64,000 nt of DNA from the human T2T-CHM13v2.0 reference genome, Homo sapiens. The stretch lies in the NCBI RefSeq assembly GCF_009914755.1, contig NC_060925.1; one strand, 5' to 3'. Made by a program: the position numbers and the translations under genes. The notes beneath the pieces were generated by a model. That model had not been told where the DNA came from, did not search any database, and saw only the letters and a program-made list of their open reading frames with translations. Positions 50,291 to 62,660 of this stretch are shown here, piece after piece (position 1 is the stretch's first letter; each line of letters begins with the position of its first letter).

Positions 50291-53031
50291 CCTTCCACAA
50301 AGGAGAAACAGAAACAATCCAGCCTTCCTTCCTCAGCCTTCAAATTGAAATCCATCCCTCTGGTTGCCAGAGCCCTCTGTGTTTCTAGAATAGCGCTTAT
50401 TATGGCCTGACTTACGCTCAGATGAGTCCCTCCGGGGCAAGGCTGGTGTCTTACTCATCTTTTGTGTACCAGCACCTGACATCAGCCAGCCCCTGGAAGG
50501 GGCTTGGAAATGTTTGTTGACTTGAAATGAAATGAGGTGATTGGGGTCAGAGCCCCGGCAAAGGCAGGGCTTGATATGACCCTGTATCTGATGTGTCAGA
50601 GGAAAGAGTCAAAGATGTCTGCAAGGTTTCAAGTCTGGGTGACAGGAAGATGGTAGAACTGTTGGCAGAGAATGGGAAGCTGGGAGAAGCAGATGGCCTG
50701 GGTTTGAGAAGAAAGTGGGGGGAGGGGTCATGCAAAGTTCAGATCCAGACAGGTTTTGATGGAGAGATGAGGGCCATGTAATCAGGATTCTGTACTGTAA
50801 ACATCCAGCTGGCAGTTCCCCACCCTGGCCTGTGTGCTGGCTTGTGACCTGACATTCAGGTCCCTGCCCTGGAGTTGCTCCTAATGGGAGAGACCTGAGC
50901 CACACCCAGGAAACCATAGTGCTTAGAACACTTACACAGCCACCTATCAACGCCCAGAACACAAAGAGTATTTGGTTATGGTGGTGAGGATGAGGAGCCC
51001 TGGAGTGAGTTGTGGAGAGGGTCAGTCTCGGGGAACTTCTTGGAGGAGGAAGAGAAGGAGGCTTGGCTTTGGCCAGGAAGGGAGCATTAGCAGCACAGGA
51101 AGGGATGAGAATGAGGGTGGGGTTTGCTCACTGCAGGGAAGATGGGGCTTCCTGCCCTTGGCTGGGATTCTGGGCATGGTCCCCTAATCCATCAGCAGGA
51201 GTGCTGGAAGAGGAGTAGTCACAGCTGCTGCGAGGGGCCTGTGATGAGATCTCTAGGGAAACGAGGACAAGAATAACCATTCTAATGCCCAGGATGGCTC
51301 CATAGCTCAGCTGCCTTCTTATCTCCGTGCCATGTGGACACCTCACACTCCCAGTCCCTTGTTCATCCATTTCCCTCCTTCCCACGCCCTCAGGCTGTGG
51401 GAGGAGAGCACTGCCACCTCCCAGCTGTGTGTGGGGACAGTGGGCCTGGCCACCTGTCTCCTCCTTCACCTCGGCCCCATCAGGGTCCCTTCCTTCTGGG
51501 CTGGCAGGGCCCACTCTGTTCCTGACAGACAAATCAGCAGTCTTCCCTGTCTCCCACCACCCCTCTCCCTCTGCTTTGCCCCCAGCCCTCACCCTCTCCC
51601 CTGAGCTGACTGATAGGGATAAAACCCTGATACTCAGGAAGAATGGAGGGGGTGAATGCTCTCTTGGGTTTCTGGCTCCTCAGTCTCATCCCCTGGTATC
51701 CCCCAGCCCCCTCCCTCACCTCCCAGCTCCTCCTCTTTGGTGGCCACAGCCCCAGCTCTTCCCTTGACGCCCCTCAGGCCTGCCCTCCACCCCTACCCAC
51801 CTCTGCCTGCAGGAGGGCACAGCAGCACTCCTGCCCTGGCCTGGGCAGCCCTGTCCTTGGGGCAGGGCAGCTCAGCTTCTGGGATTTCCCCAGCCTACAG
51901 CCAGAAGGAAGTCTGACTTGGAGAGGGGAAACCTTACTCTTGGCCTCTGTCCAGCTCCTGACAAGACCAAAGTTCAGGGGCGGAGCTGGTTTCCCTGGTC
52001 AGCTGGGGACTCCCACTGACCTCTACTTATCAGGATTCGGGGTTTAGGTCTCTGGGCCTGGAGAGCAGGTCAGGGGCAGGGAAACGAGGAGGGGGGAGGG
52101 TGAGAGCTGGAGGGCAGTGTGGTGAAGGAGCTGCCGTGCCAAGGCCCCTGCCCACTTCCCCCAGGCCTGGCTTTTCCTGTCCCTGAACCATGTTGAATGG
52201 TGGGGCGGGGGCTCTTGGGACTGTCTCCCTCTCCTGAGCTGGGCATGTGTGCAGGTGGGCGTGGCTGGCTTCACAGTGTCTGCATCCTCAGGGCTGATAA
52301 GGGGCCTGCAGCAGCACCACCCTCTCCAGCCCTCTGGGGAACCCCAGCTGTGGCTCCAGAGAAGAGTGGGTTTGGGGCACAATGCACCCGTGGTCTCATT
52401 TCGAGACATACAGGGGCTGGAAAGGCGGGGGGCTGGAGGCTGGTCTTCACTGGTGCCTCAGTTTCCCCTTCCCTGGGGCCGTTGCTGGGGGAAAGTGATA
52501 AATTCTATGAATGGGGTGGTGGAGGAACTGCCTCCTTTTCCAGGGGCTCTGGCCCAGCAAAGGCTTCACAGTCAACACGAGCTCCTCTATCTCCGCGCTG
52601 TCTCTCCTCTGCCCTTACCCCTGGTTGTCCTCTTCACAGGCTCCAAATGGGCCCCTGGGGACCCCTCAGCAGCCAACACAACAGGGAACCAGCAAGAGCC
52701 AGCCTCCAGGGAGGACGGGCAGACAACACTGGTGACTCTGCACATTCCACACCCCGCCCACCCTGCCCCCGGGCCACCTTTCCCGTCCCCTGTCCTTCCT
52801 CTGTCCTCAGACCCAGGCTGGGGTCTCTTTTTCAGGGCTCTTCTTGGGGGCTGGGCTCTCCCGCCCCATACTCAGGGCAGAGGGAAGAGAGAGAAACTGA
52901 GGCAAAAGGGGGTAAGCACGGGTGGGAAACACTGACTGGGCTGGAGTCAGGGTCCGAGTCCGGTGGGGGCCGCAAGCACTCCAGAGCCGAGGACCGGGAG
53001 TTTCTGGGGAGGGAGAAGCTGTGCAAGGGGC

Positions 53032-53047
53032 CAGCGCCCCCTGGTGG
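53032..53047 (-). promoter_or_regulatory. CTCF-binding motif
   Basis: Minus strand reads CCACCAGGGGGCGCTG, essentially the consensus core, within a CpG-retaining patch. Confidence 0.8.
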
Positions 53048-53429
53048 AAAGTATTGTAGCGACAGCCACCGCAAGCTGGGTCGCCGAGGCTGGCTGTTGG
53101 GGTCACGGGGGCTGTCTTTCCCCTTACCACTTGGGGGTGGTATTAGTAGAGTCCAGAGGAAGGAGGAGCACAGCCCTGCACAGAGTCCAGGCAATATCCG
53201 CTTTAGCAAGAGCTGGATTTAAGAAGGACTGTCCAGGAGTCCTTTTCTATTCTGGTGCCCCTTGGGGGAAGTTCCTCCACCCTGTCCATCTCATTTTCTT
53301 ATCTGTCCAGCGAGTGGTAGGTTATCATGCCATCTCCAAGGCCCTTCTGGCTCTGGCATCTGGAGGTTCTAGGTCAGGAAGGAGCTGATGGTTTAAATTA
53401 CCTCTCTGGTATGGGAATTTCCTTCCGCC

Positions 53430-54020
53430 TTGCCTGTGCTCACATCTGCTTCAGCCACACTGGCCTCCTGTTCCTGGAACACACCAGCATGTCCTACCGG
53501 AGAGGCTTTACATAGGCTGATTTCTCTGCCTGGGAAGCTAGTCCTCAGATGCCTGCTTGGCCCTCGTTTACTTCCTTCCAGTTTTTTCCCTACTCTCCAT
53601 CTTCATGCAGCCTGTTCTGACCATTTGATGTAAAATTGAAGCCACCCCTGGCTCCAGGTCCAGAACCTCACCACCATGTACCTTTTCCAGAGCCCTTGTC
53701 ACATTCTAACATACTGCATCATTTCCTTATTTGTTAATTTGTTTAGATATGAGGTCTTGCTATGTTGCCCAGGCTGGTCTCAAACACCTGGGCTCAAGCA
53801 ATCCTCCTGCCTCTGCCTCCTGAAGTGCTGGGATTACAGGTGTGAGCCACCATGCCCACCTTCCTTATTTATTATGATTACAGTGAAGTTCTTTTCTCCT
53901 TCTAATAGGATGATCAGGGCAGGGAGTTTTGTAGGCTTCCTTTATAGATATACTTTAGGCACCTGGGACAGTGGCTGACACATAGTAGGAGCTCATTAAT
54001 TATATGTGGAGGGAATGAGT
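53430..54020 (+). mobile_element. L2 3' portion (contains the FLAM)
   Basis: CAGCCACACTGGCCTCCTGTTCCTGGAACACACCAG...GAGGGCAGGG...CAGTGGCTGACACATAGTAGGAGCTCA.TAA..AT.TGTGGA.GGAATGA. Confidence 0.7.
53727..53860 (-). mobile_element. FLAM-like Alu monomer inserted in L2
   Basis: GGTCTTGCTATGTTGCCCAGGCTGGTCTCAAAC...GGGATTACAGGTGTGAGCCACC, single monomer. Confidence 0.85.
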
Positions 54021-55098
54021 ATATCACTGAAGAGGATCTGGGCTGGAGACAGACAGGCCCACCCTAATAGCTCATAGTTAGCATGTAGGTATGATTGTGC
54101 TACTGTGACAAAAATAGGGTTTGATTGGAAGTGACCACATTGCTGCTGAGGTAGGGCAAGTGAGAAGAAAGTGAGGGCGTGTAGAGGAGAGCAGAATATA
54201 GCTGGCTTCCGTCCTTTGCTGTATCAACAGACTGGCACCCAGTTTACCGAGACATTCTCAGCCTGATCCATGGACCATCAATTCTGAGAGATACTTCTTG
54301 AGAAAGGAGGAGAGAGGAAAGGTCAGATAAATTTGGAAAGTGATACAGACCAGATCCCTTCTGAAATATTCATAGTCTCTAGTCCAGTAGGAAAATCAGC
54401 TTAAATTCTTTAATATGGTGTTTTGCAATATGTATGTCCATAGGGTTCTGCATTTCCAAATTCCTTCCTTTCTTTTCTTTTTCTTTTTAAGCTGAGCTCC
54501 TGCTAAATTAGTATTCTGACTCATCAGATACTTTGGGAAATGCTGACTTACAAGATGAGGCTTAACTCCCGAGCATGGCATTCAAAACCGTCGTGGTTTC
54601 TTCCAGTGTCTCCAGACTAGTCTCAAACATGCCCGATGTTTTCCCCATCCCACACAGTTCCTATTTGTTCATGGTTCTTTCAGCGGCCCCCTGCAACTCC
54701 CACATCCCCATCTCCAAAACTCCTTCCTGGCCCAGATGGAGTGCCCCTTTCCCAACCCTGCCTGCGGGTACTGTCTACACCCCTCGGTGTGCTTTTCCCA
54801 TCCCCCTGCTGGGTCCCAGTTGCTCTTTTTCCACCTTGGTTTGCTGCCTCCTGGAGCTGCTCCTTCCAGGCATGTGTGAGGTCTGCTCACTCTGCTTCCC
54901 CAGGGCCCACTCCTTGAGCGGCTTCAGTGGATGCAGGACCCACGCAGTTCTGTGGCTTCAGAGAGGGAAGGGACACCAGCTCATTGCCTCTCACACTCCA
55001 GAAGGGGGCCTTGCTGCTACCTCTGTTAGCACTGACCTCTGAGTGTCTTTAGTATCTTCCTCTCTGTGGATCCTTCTGTCCTTTCAAAAGTGCTGAGC

Positions 55099-55412
55099 AG
55101 TTGCCATCGTAAACATGACTGGATTTCTCCAATGGACAAATAGTCAATGATATGTATAGATAATTCACAAAATTGAAATACAACTAGTTAAACTTTTGAG
55201 AAAATGTTCTAACTTACCAGTAGTCATGGAAATACAAATTACATTTGATGCAACACTGTCAATAATGTGTATCAAGAACTGTAAGAATATGCATATGATG
55301 TGCCTCAGTTACCCTCACTGTGAATAAATCCTAAGGAAGAAAACAAAAATATTGGAAACACAAGGCACTTTTAAAAGGCCTTTTTAAATGTGAAAAATAA
55401 CAGACAGAAAAG
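55099..55412 (+). repeat. Left arm of long inverted repeat (old L1-derived sequence)
   Basis: 55099-55366 is the reverse complement of 57186-57453 (13 mismatches in 268 nt, no gaps). 55369-55412 matches 56813-56856. Confidence 0.95.
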
Positions 55413-56812
55413 TACATAATAAAACAAGTGTAAAGCTTAATGAATTCTCACAAAGCAAATGCCCAACATAAGCACCACTACCTCACAAGATGGATACCAC
55501 CGGCCCCTCGAGGCACTCTGTGTCTCTTGCCAATCACAAGGCCTCCCTGCCTACGCCCTGAGAGAACTTCTGCTTGTTTTTGTTTAGAGTTTGACCCCTT
55601 TGGCACACATCATGAACACGATGATTTGGCTTTGCATGTGTTTGGGATTCACACATATGTGAAATCAAGTGTTTGTGTTCTTTTGTCTCCAGTTTCTTTC
55701 ACTCAACGTTATGGGAGCCTTTTCCACAAGTCCTGGGATGCAGGTGCATTCTGCTAGCGAAGTTAGGGGTTGAATCGCCGAGTCACAGGGATTATTAGTG
55801 ATCATGTGTATAAGCCCCTAACACAGTGCCCAGTAAGTGGTGGGCACTTACTACATGTTTCATTCTTTCCTCTCCCCTATGGAGAAGGGCCCATCTCCAT
55901 CCCTGGAGCAGGCTCCTCCCGCTCCCATACCCAGTACTGACTGGCTTCCCTTCCTGCTTCCACCACTTCTTGCCCCCAACCTGGTATCCCAATCCTCTCT
56001 TCCCAGGCTGCTGAGGACAGGGCTCCAGTCAGTGTTTCATCCCCTCCCCTGTGTACACAGCTCAGCCACTCCTGCGAGGGCTCCTCATGATTTGCTTTCA
56101 GGGACAAGAAAAAGCCAACCCAGGCTGTGCCTGCTCCTGTGCCTCCCACCCCTCATTCTGCAGAGGCCCTTTGTAGCAGAGACAATGGCTGCTTCAAATT
56201 TCAGTCCGTCTGTCTGTACAAACAAATGGAAACTGTTTAATATGTACTTCACAGGAAGATGAATACTCAGGCCTTTTTTTTTTTTTTTTTAAATTTTGGA
56301 AAGAAGATGAGCCCAGGTGAGCTGTCCAGGGATGGGAGATGTAGGGATGAGAGGCATGGAAGCTGCCTGGCTTGGGCAGGGGCAATGATGGGCAAGACTG
56401 GGGGCCTGAGAAACAGCCTTGGTGCATTAATCCCCTCTCTCTTTCATGCTCTGCCTTTTAAAAAAAATCACCTTTTGTCTCCGATGCTCATTTTCTGTGT
56501 CTTGTGCCATTTTGCAAGATGGGTCTTTTTGTGAACACCCCTGTTGTGTCTCAGGTTCAGGAAGAATTCCTGAAAATTCATATGGACTAAGGAACAGGCT
56601 TTACTGGGGAGACTTACCAAGAGAGGTTGGTAAGAAGAGAAGAGGATTGTGACCCTGCTCCTGTCATCATGCCATGGAAAGGCTTGGCTGGGCCTTGGGG
56701 ATTTGCTGGACGCACAGACAGTGGGCTGGGTTCCAGAGGAGGGACCCTGTTCCCAGGTTGCTCACCTTTCTTACAGGGCCAACGGTGAGAGTACCCTGTA
56801 AGTGTGTTAAGC

Positions 56813-57453
<641 letters not shown>

Positions 57454-58571
57454 ACCCGGCAAAGGGACAGACAGGTCACTGACTCCAAGAGTTCGGGTTC
57501 AGTGTCAGCAACTAATAAGGTAGACGTCTGGGAGAACCAGCTGCCCAGCACAAGGGACCTGGGGGCATTTGTAAGTGTTTGGGCCTGGGAAATAGAGCTG
57601 ATTATCTCATGGAAAGTTGTCTGTGGGTGCAGACTCTCCCAGGAGAAGGAAGAAGCCCTAATACCAGTTGAGTGTGTCCATGAACCCCAGATTGAGCTCC
57701 AGAGCCATTTGTGCCCAGTTCTGCTCCTGGCTCCCTAGGAGTGCTGGAGATGGGCAAACATGTTTGCTGCATCTGTGGATTAGTCTGTGCACTCGGGTTT
57801 GAGGGAAACATCAGGACACGCGGCCTACAGTCCCTGTCCCCAGTCCTGAGCCTGCACCAGGTTCTTGGTCTCCATGTGTTGGGGCAGGTGCCAGGGAAGG
57901 TGCTGACAAGCTTAGGTTGGAGTGGCGGGAGGAACCTTCTCTGTGAGAGCCCAACAGAGGTCGGGACCTCTGGGACCTGGGTGGTCAGAAGGCCGGGAGC
58001 AGAGTTCCAAGCAGGCAGAAGCCTCTGAAGACATACTGGAACCTGGAATTCTTTCTGAGAGAAAAGTATACTCAGCCCCTTGTCTGCAGCGATGCCCTGT
58101 GGGAAGAATTCTCCCTGTTTGAGGGGCTGTGTCACCCTCTGGTGAGCTTGGTTTCCAGAGGAGAATTGTCTCAATTCTACAGGCTTCCACCCTTAAAGCC
58201 TTTGCGTGCTGTGTCGTATCACCCCCTGCAAATGTTTACTTGGCACCTGCTACCTGAAGGGCCAGTAGGAACCTAAGACACAAAGTTGAAATGATTGTCC
58301 TTGGCCTCAGAGACTTCGTTTCCTATGGAGGCTACAGTCCCTGCCCCTAGCCCGATGGTGTCCAAAGTCGTGGTGGGAGTGGGGGTGTTAGTTCTGTGCT
58401 CTTTTGTATTTTCGTCCTGCAGATCTGACCTGTGACACTGGGCTTCTCTCCCCATCCCTGGATCCTGGCTGGCCTTAATCCCAGTATGCTTGGCTATGGC
58501 TGTGCCTCCCTGCGTCGGGGTGCACCTCTCTTCTCCATGCCCCTCTTTCCTGGCTTCATCTTGCTCTGAGT

Positions 58572-59437
58572 TGTCAATGAAAAGAATCAAACTGTGCAAA
58601 ATATTGGAAGAGATTTGTTCTGAGCCAAATATGAGGACTGTGGCCTGTGACACAGCCCCAGGAGATCCTGAGACCAGTGCCCAAGGTGGTTGGGCTACAA
58701 CTTTGTTTTACATGTTTTAGGAAGACATAAGACATTGATCAATATGTGTAAGATGTATACTGGTTCTGTCCAGAAAGATGGGACAACTTGAAGTGGGGGC
58801 TTCCAGGTCATAGGTAGAGTCAAAGATTTTCTGATTGGCAATTGGTTGAAAGAGTTATTATTTAAAGACCTAGAATCAATAGAAAGGAATGTCTGGATTA
58901 AGACAAGGGATTGTGGAGACCAAGGTTTTATCATGCAGATGAAGCCTCCATGGAGCACGCATCAGAGCTCTTATCAAACCTAAAAAGGCGCCAGACTCTT
59001 AGTTAATTTGCTCCTGGATCAGGGAAAAGACGTCGAGAGGGCAGAGGACTCTCTACAGAATGGGAATTTTCCCCACAAGAGACAGCATTACAGGGCCATT
59101 TCAAAATATGTCAAAGAAATATATTTTGGGGTAAAATATTTCAGTTTCTTTCAAGGCCTGCTATCTGTCACATGATGCTATACTAGAGTCAGGTTGGAAT
59201 TTGGTGTCTTATTGCTACGCAGAATCTGTTTTGTTAGTCTTAAGATCTCTGTTTGAATGTTAATGCTGGTCAGCTGTGCCTGAATTCCAAAGGGAGGAGG
59301 GTATAATGAAGCATGTCTAACCCCACCTCTTCCCATCATGGCCTGAACTAGATTTTCAGGTTTACTTCGGAATGCCCTTGGCTGAGACGGGAATCCATCA
59401 GTTGGTTGGGGGCTTAGAGTTTTATTTTTGGGTTTCA
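58572..59437 (-). mobile_element. ERV1 solo LTR, MER4 family (MER4D/E-like)
   Basis: TG...CA termini. The minus-strand start TGAAACCCAAAAATAAAACTCTAAGCCCCCAACC...CTAGTTCAGGCCATGATGGGAAG matches recalled MER4 LTRs. Confidence 0.8.
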
Positions 59438-59805
59438 GGATGGATGCTCTACCAGAAACCTGCTGCTACTGCATTCTGCTCTCACCCTTGCCATCGGCTC
59501 CTGCTGCCAAACATCAGCCTCCTAGTGCCTGCCATGGGGCCCAGCAGCCCTCCCAGACCCACAGCAACCCTCTGGACACTGAATCATGCAAAATGGAAGG
59601 GGGTGGTGGTGGGAGTCAGTTCTCCCCTCCTCAATCCTGTTTACTTCCATCTCCTGTGCTGAGACCCCCATCATTGTGAAGGTGGATCTGGGGACAACCT
59701 CAGGCCATGGGCTCACCCAGTTCCCTTTTGGCCTTCCCCCACCAGACTGTTATGCTACTGGGAAATTTTTAATGTATGAGAAACTCATTCTGCTCTTTTT
59801 CTTTT

Positions 59806-60098
59806 TTTTGATTTCTTGAGACAGAGTCTCACTCTCTTGGCCAGGCTAAAGTGCAGTGGTGCGATCTCGGCTCATTTCAACCTCTGATCCCGGGCTCAAG
59901 CAATTCTCTTGCCTCAGCCTCTGGAGTAGCTGGGATTACAGGCATGTGCCACCATGCCCTGCTAATTTTTCTATTTTTAGTAGAGACGGGGTTTCACCAT
60001 GTTGGCCAGGCTGGTCTCAAACTCCTGACCTCAGGTAATACACCCACCTCAGCCTCCCAAAGTGTTGGGATTACAGGCATGAGCCACCGCTTCCGGCC
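59806..60098 (-). mobile_element. Alu (AluS-type)
   Basis: Full Alu reverse complement with TSD TGCTCTTTTTCTTTT. Confidence 0.93.
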
Positions 60099-60333
60099 TG
60101 CTCTTTTTCTTTTTAGAATAATTCCAAGGCTGTTGCTTTGGCCAGCCTCTAACAGCCCTCAGGACACTCAGATGCAGACTCAGGAGTATTCACCCACACC
60201 TGTGGGATCGGCCCCTCCAGTTTACCTGTGCCTTAGCCTCCACTGGGGCAGAAACCTGGACCTCAGGGCCCCTGAGCTACATTCCTTCCCATTCCTGCAG
60301 CCCCTTCCCCTCCTGGTGACCTGTGGGCTGCAC

Positions 60334-60347
60334 CTGCCCCCTGCAGG
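60334..60347 (-). promoter_or_regulatory. Candidate CTCF motif
   Basis: Minus strand reads CCTGCAGGGGGCAG. Confidence 0.45.
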
Positions 60348-60663
60348 TGATCCTGCTCTCCTCCTCCAAGATGCCTTCCTGCTTTATTATTTCGGTTTTC
60401 ACATGGGCTGCTGTCACTCCCTGACAAAAGAAAATGCTTCTTAAGGGCCTCTGTACTGTAGCACTCACACCTGGCACTGACATTTCTGCTTCCACGTTCC
60501 CACTAGCCCCCGGGGTCTTTTCAAGGGCAATGACTCTGCATCTCGGTCTTTGCATCCGAGCGGTGCTGGCACAGAGTAGGCGCTCATCACACGTTGGTCC
60601 TTTGCTGACCTGATGGCAGAAGGCCTCCTTGCAGGAAATTCCTAGCGGCAGTTTGGTCTTCAG

Positions 60664-60677
60664 CCACGAGGTGGCAC
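60664..60677 (+). promoter_or_regulatory. Candidate CTCF motif
   Basis: CCACGAGGTGGCAC followed by TA, close to the CCASYAGRKGGCRS consensus. Confidence 0.6.
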
Positions 60678-61794
60678 TAGTGCGCAGGTGCTGCCAGGAG
60701 CAGGATTGGAGGTGGCTTTGAGGGAGGTTTGGGCAGGGGGTGCAGCAGTGCTGAGGGGTGGTGGAGTCTTTCCCTTTCTCTTTAGAGTGACCACAGGGCA
60801 GATAGGAGCGGTTAGGGCCAGATAAACTGGGAGCGGGTGGCAGGTGGAAGGCTGAGGCAGCCGTCCCCGTGTAAACATGTGACCCCGAATTCAGTGATCA
60901 GGAGCCAATTTCCAGGGCGGAATGGGTTCAGGTGAGAATCACGGTGGGATCCCGATGTAGGAGGGGTCTAGGCTCAGGATTAGGGTGGTGCTCCCGAGGT
61001 TCACGTCTGAGATTCGGCTGGGTGAGAATTATTTTGGGCTGGGATTGGGTGGATTAGCACTGGTGCGGGGAGTGGGGTACCCTTGAGGGGGTCTGTGCCT
61101 TAGATTTGAGTTGTTGAGGTAAAACAGCCTCAAAGAGGAGAAGGGGGCAACCTTGCTCACCCTCAGCCCCGAGACCGACTCTGGGAAGTGGGGGCCGATT
61201 GCCTAGGGGAGGGAGGATGCAAGACAGGTGTTTTCCTGGGTCTGGGAGGAAAACGTCCAGCCCTGGGGAGGATTTTCAGTCCCTGGATGCGGGGCCTGCT
61301 TTGAAGGACTGAGAAAGGATGCCCAAGCCAACAGCAAAGCCGGCTCCCTTAGTTTTGTCTCCGGCACCGTTTCCACCCTCACTTCCGCACCCCTCGGAGC
61401 TGGTGTTCTTTTCTGTAAAGTGGGCATGGCCGTCCCTGCCTCTCAGCCTGAAGTGGCGGAGGTGCGGCACTTTTGAACCTGGACGGACTTTTTGCCTGGC
61501 GGCTGCCTGCTGGGGTTAGAATCTTGGCTTCCCCTAGCTGGCTGTATGACCTTGGGTAAGTCAGCTAATCTCTCTGTTCCTCAGATCTCTTCCAAGCCCA
61601 AGGAGGTTAGTAACAGGATGGACCCGAACAAGCCTCAACAAAGAATAGCCATTTAAAAAATAATCTAACATTTATTAGTTTAAATCTCAAAAAATTAATG
61701 ACACAAAGAAAACAAATTGTGCCAAGTATCTCTGGCTGATAACTCCTGATGACAAAAATCATGTAATACACATATGATTATAAAATTCAGACAT

Positions 61795-62095
61795 GGTCCA
61801 GGCATGTTGGCTCACGCCTGTAATCCTAGTAATTTGGGAGGCCGAGGCAGGTGGATTGCTTGAACTCAGGAGTTTGAGACCAGCCTGGGCAACATGGTGA
61901 AACCCTGTTTCTACAAAAATACAAAAAAATTAGCCAGGCATAGCGGTGCACACCTGTGGTCCCAGCTACTTAAGGGGCTGAGGTGGGAGGATCTCTTGAA
62001 CCTGAGAAGTCGAGGCTGCAGTGAGCGAGACTGAGCTACTACACTCCAGCTTGGGCGGCAGAGCGAGACCCTGTCTAAAAAAAAAAAAAAAAAAA
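61795..62095 (+). mobile_element. Alu (AluJ-like)
   Basis: Dimeric Alu with A tail; TCAGACA on both flanks. Confidence 0.93.
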
Positions 62096-62229
62096 TCAGA
62101 CACATGTTCACTTGCTGCAATAAAAGTTTCCCTTCCCTCTTGTTTCCCATGGCCCCTCTCCTCAAGGATAACCTCTCTCTCTCTCTCTTTTTTTTTTCTA
62201 CAATTAATAGAAATGGCTGCGTTTTATCA

Positions 62230-62660
62230 AATCTAGTGTGTACCCTTGACATTATGTGATAAAATGGCACTACATCTCTGTTGTCTTTAAAAAACCCATA
62301 CCATAGTCCAATCATGAGAGAAACATCGGACAAATCCCAACTGAGGGACATTTTCCGAAAGACCTGACCAGTACTCCTCAAAACTGTCAAGGTGATCAAA
62401 AACTCAAAAACCAGGAAAGTCTGAGAAACTGTCACCGCTAAGGGAGCCTCAAGAGACTAAATGTAATATGGCATCCTGAACGGGATCCTAGAACAGAAAC
62501 AGGACATTAGATTAAAACTAAGGACATCTGGGTAAAGTATGGGCTTTAGTTAAGAGTAATGTATCAATATTGGTTCATTAATTCTGATGAATGTACCATA
62601 ATAATATATTAATTGAGAAACTTCACAATTTTTCTGTAAATCTAAAACTGTGCTAGCAAG
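62230..62660 (+). mobile_element. Old L1 (L1MC/MD-like) 3' region
   Basis: AATCATGAGAGAAACATC.GACAAA.CCCAA.TGAGGGACATT...CCAGTACTCCTCAAAACTGTCAAGGT...GAGAAACTGTCAC...TGTAAATCTAAAACT. Confidence 0.75.

Noticed and set aside
52197-53222. 341-aa and 228-aa ORFs
   Set aside because: GC-rich DNA with few stop codons, Gly/Pro/Ser/Arg-biased composition, no recognisable domain and overlapping ORFs on both strands.
59851-60444. 197-aa ORF and other ORFs with 'LECSG..SAHCNL' type text (7239, 24357, 26634, 61911)
   Set aside because: Translations of Alu elements.
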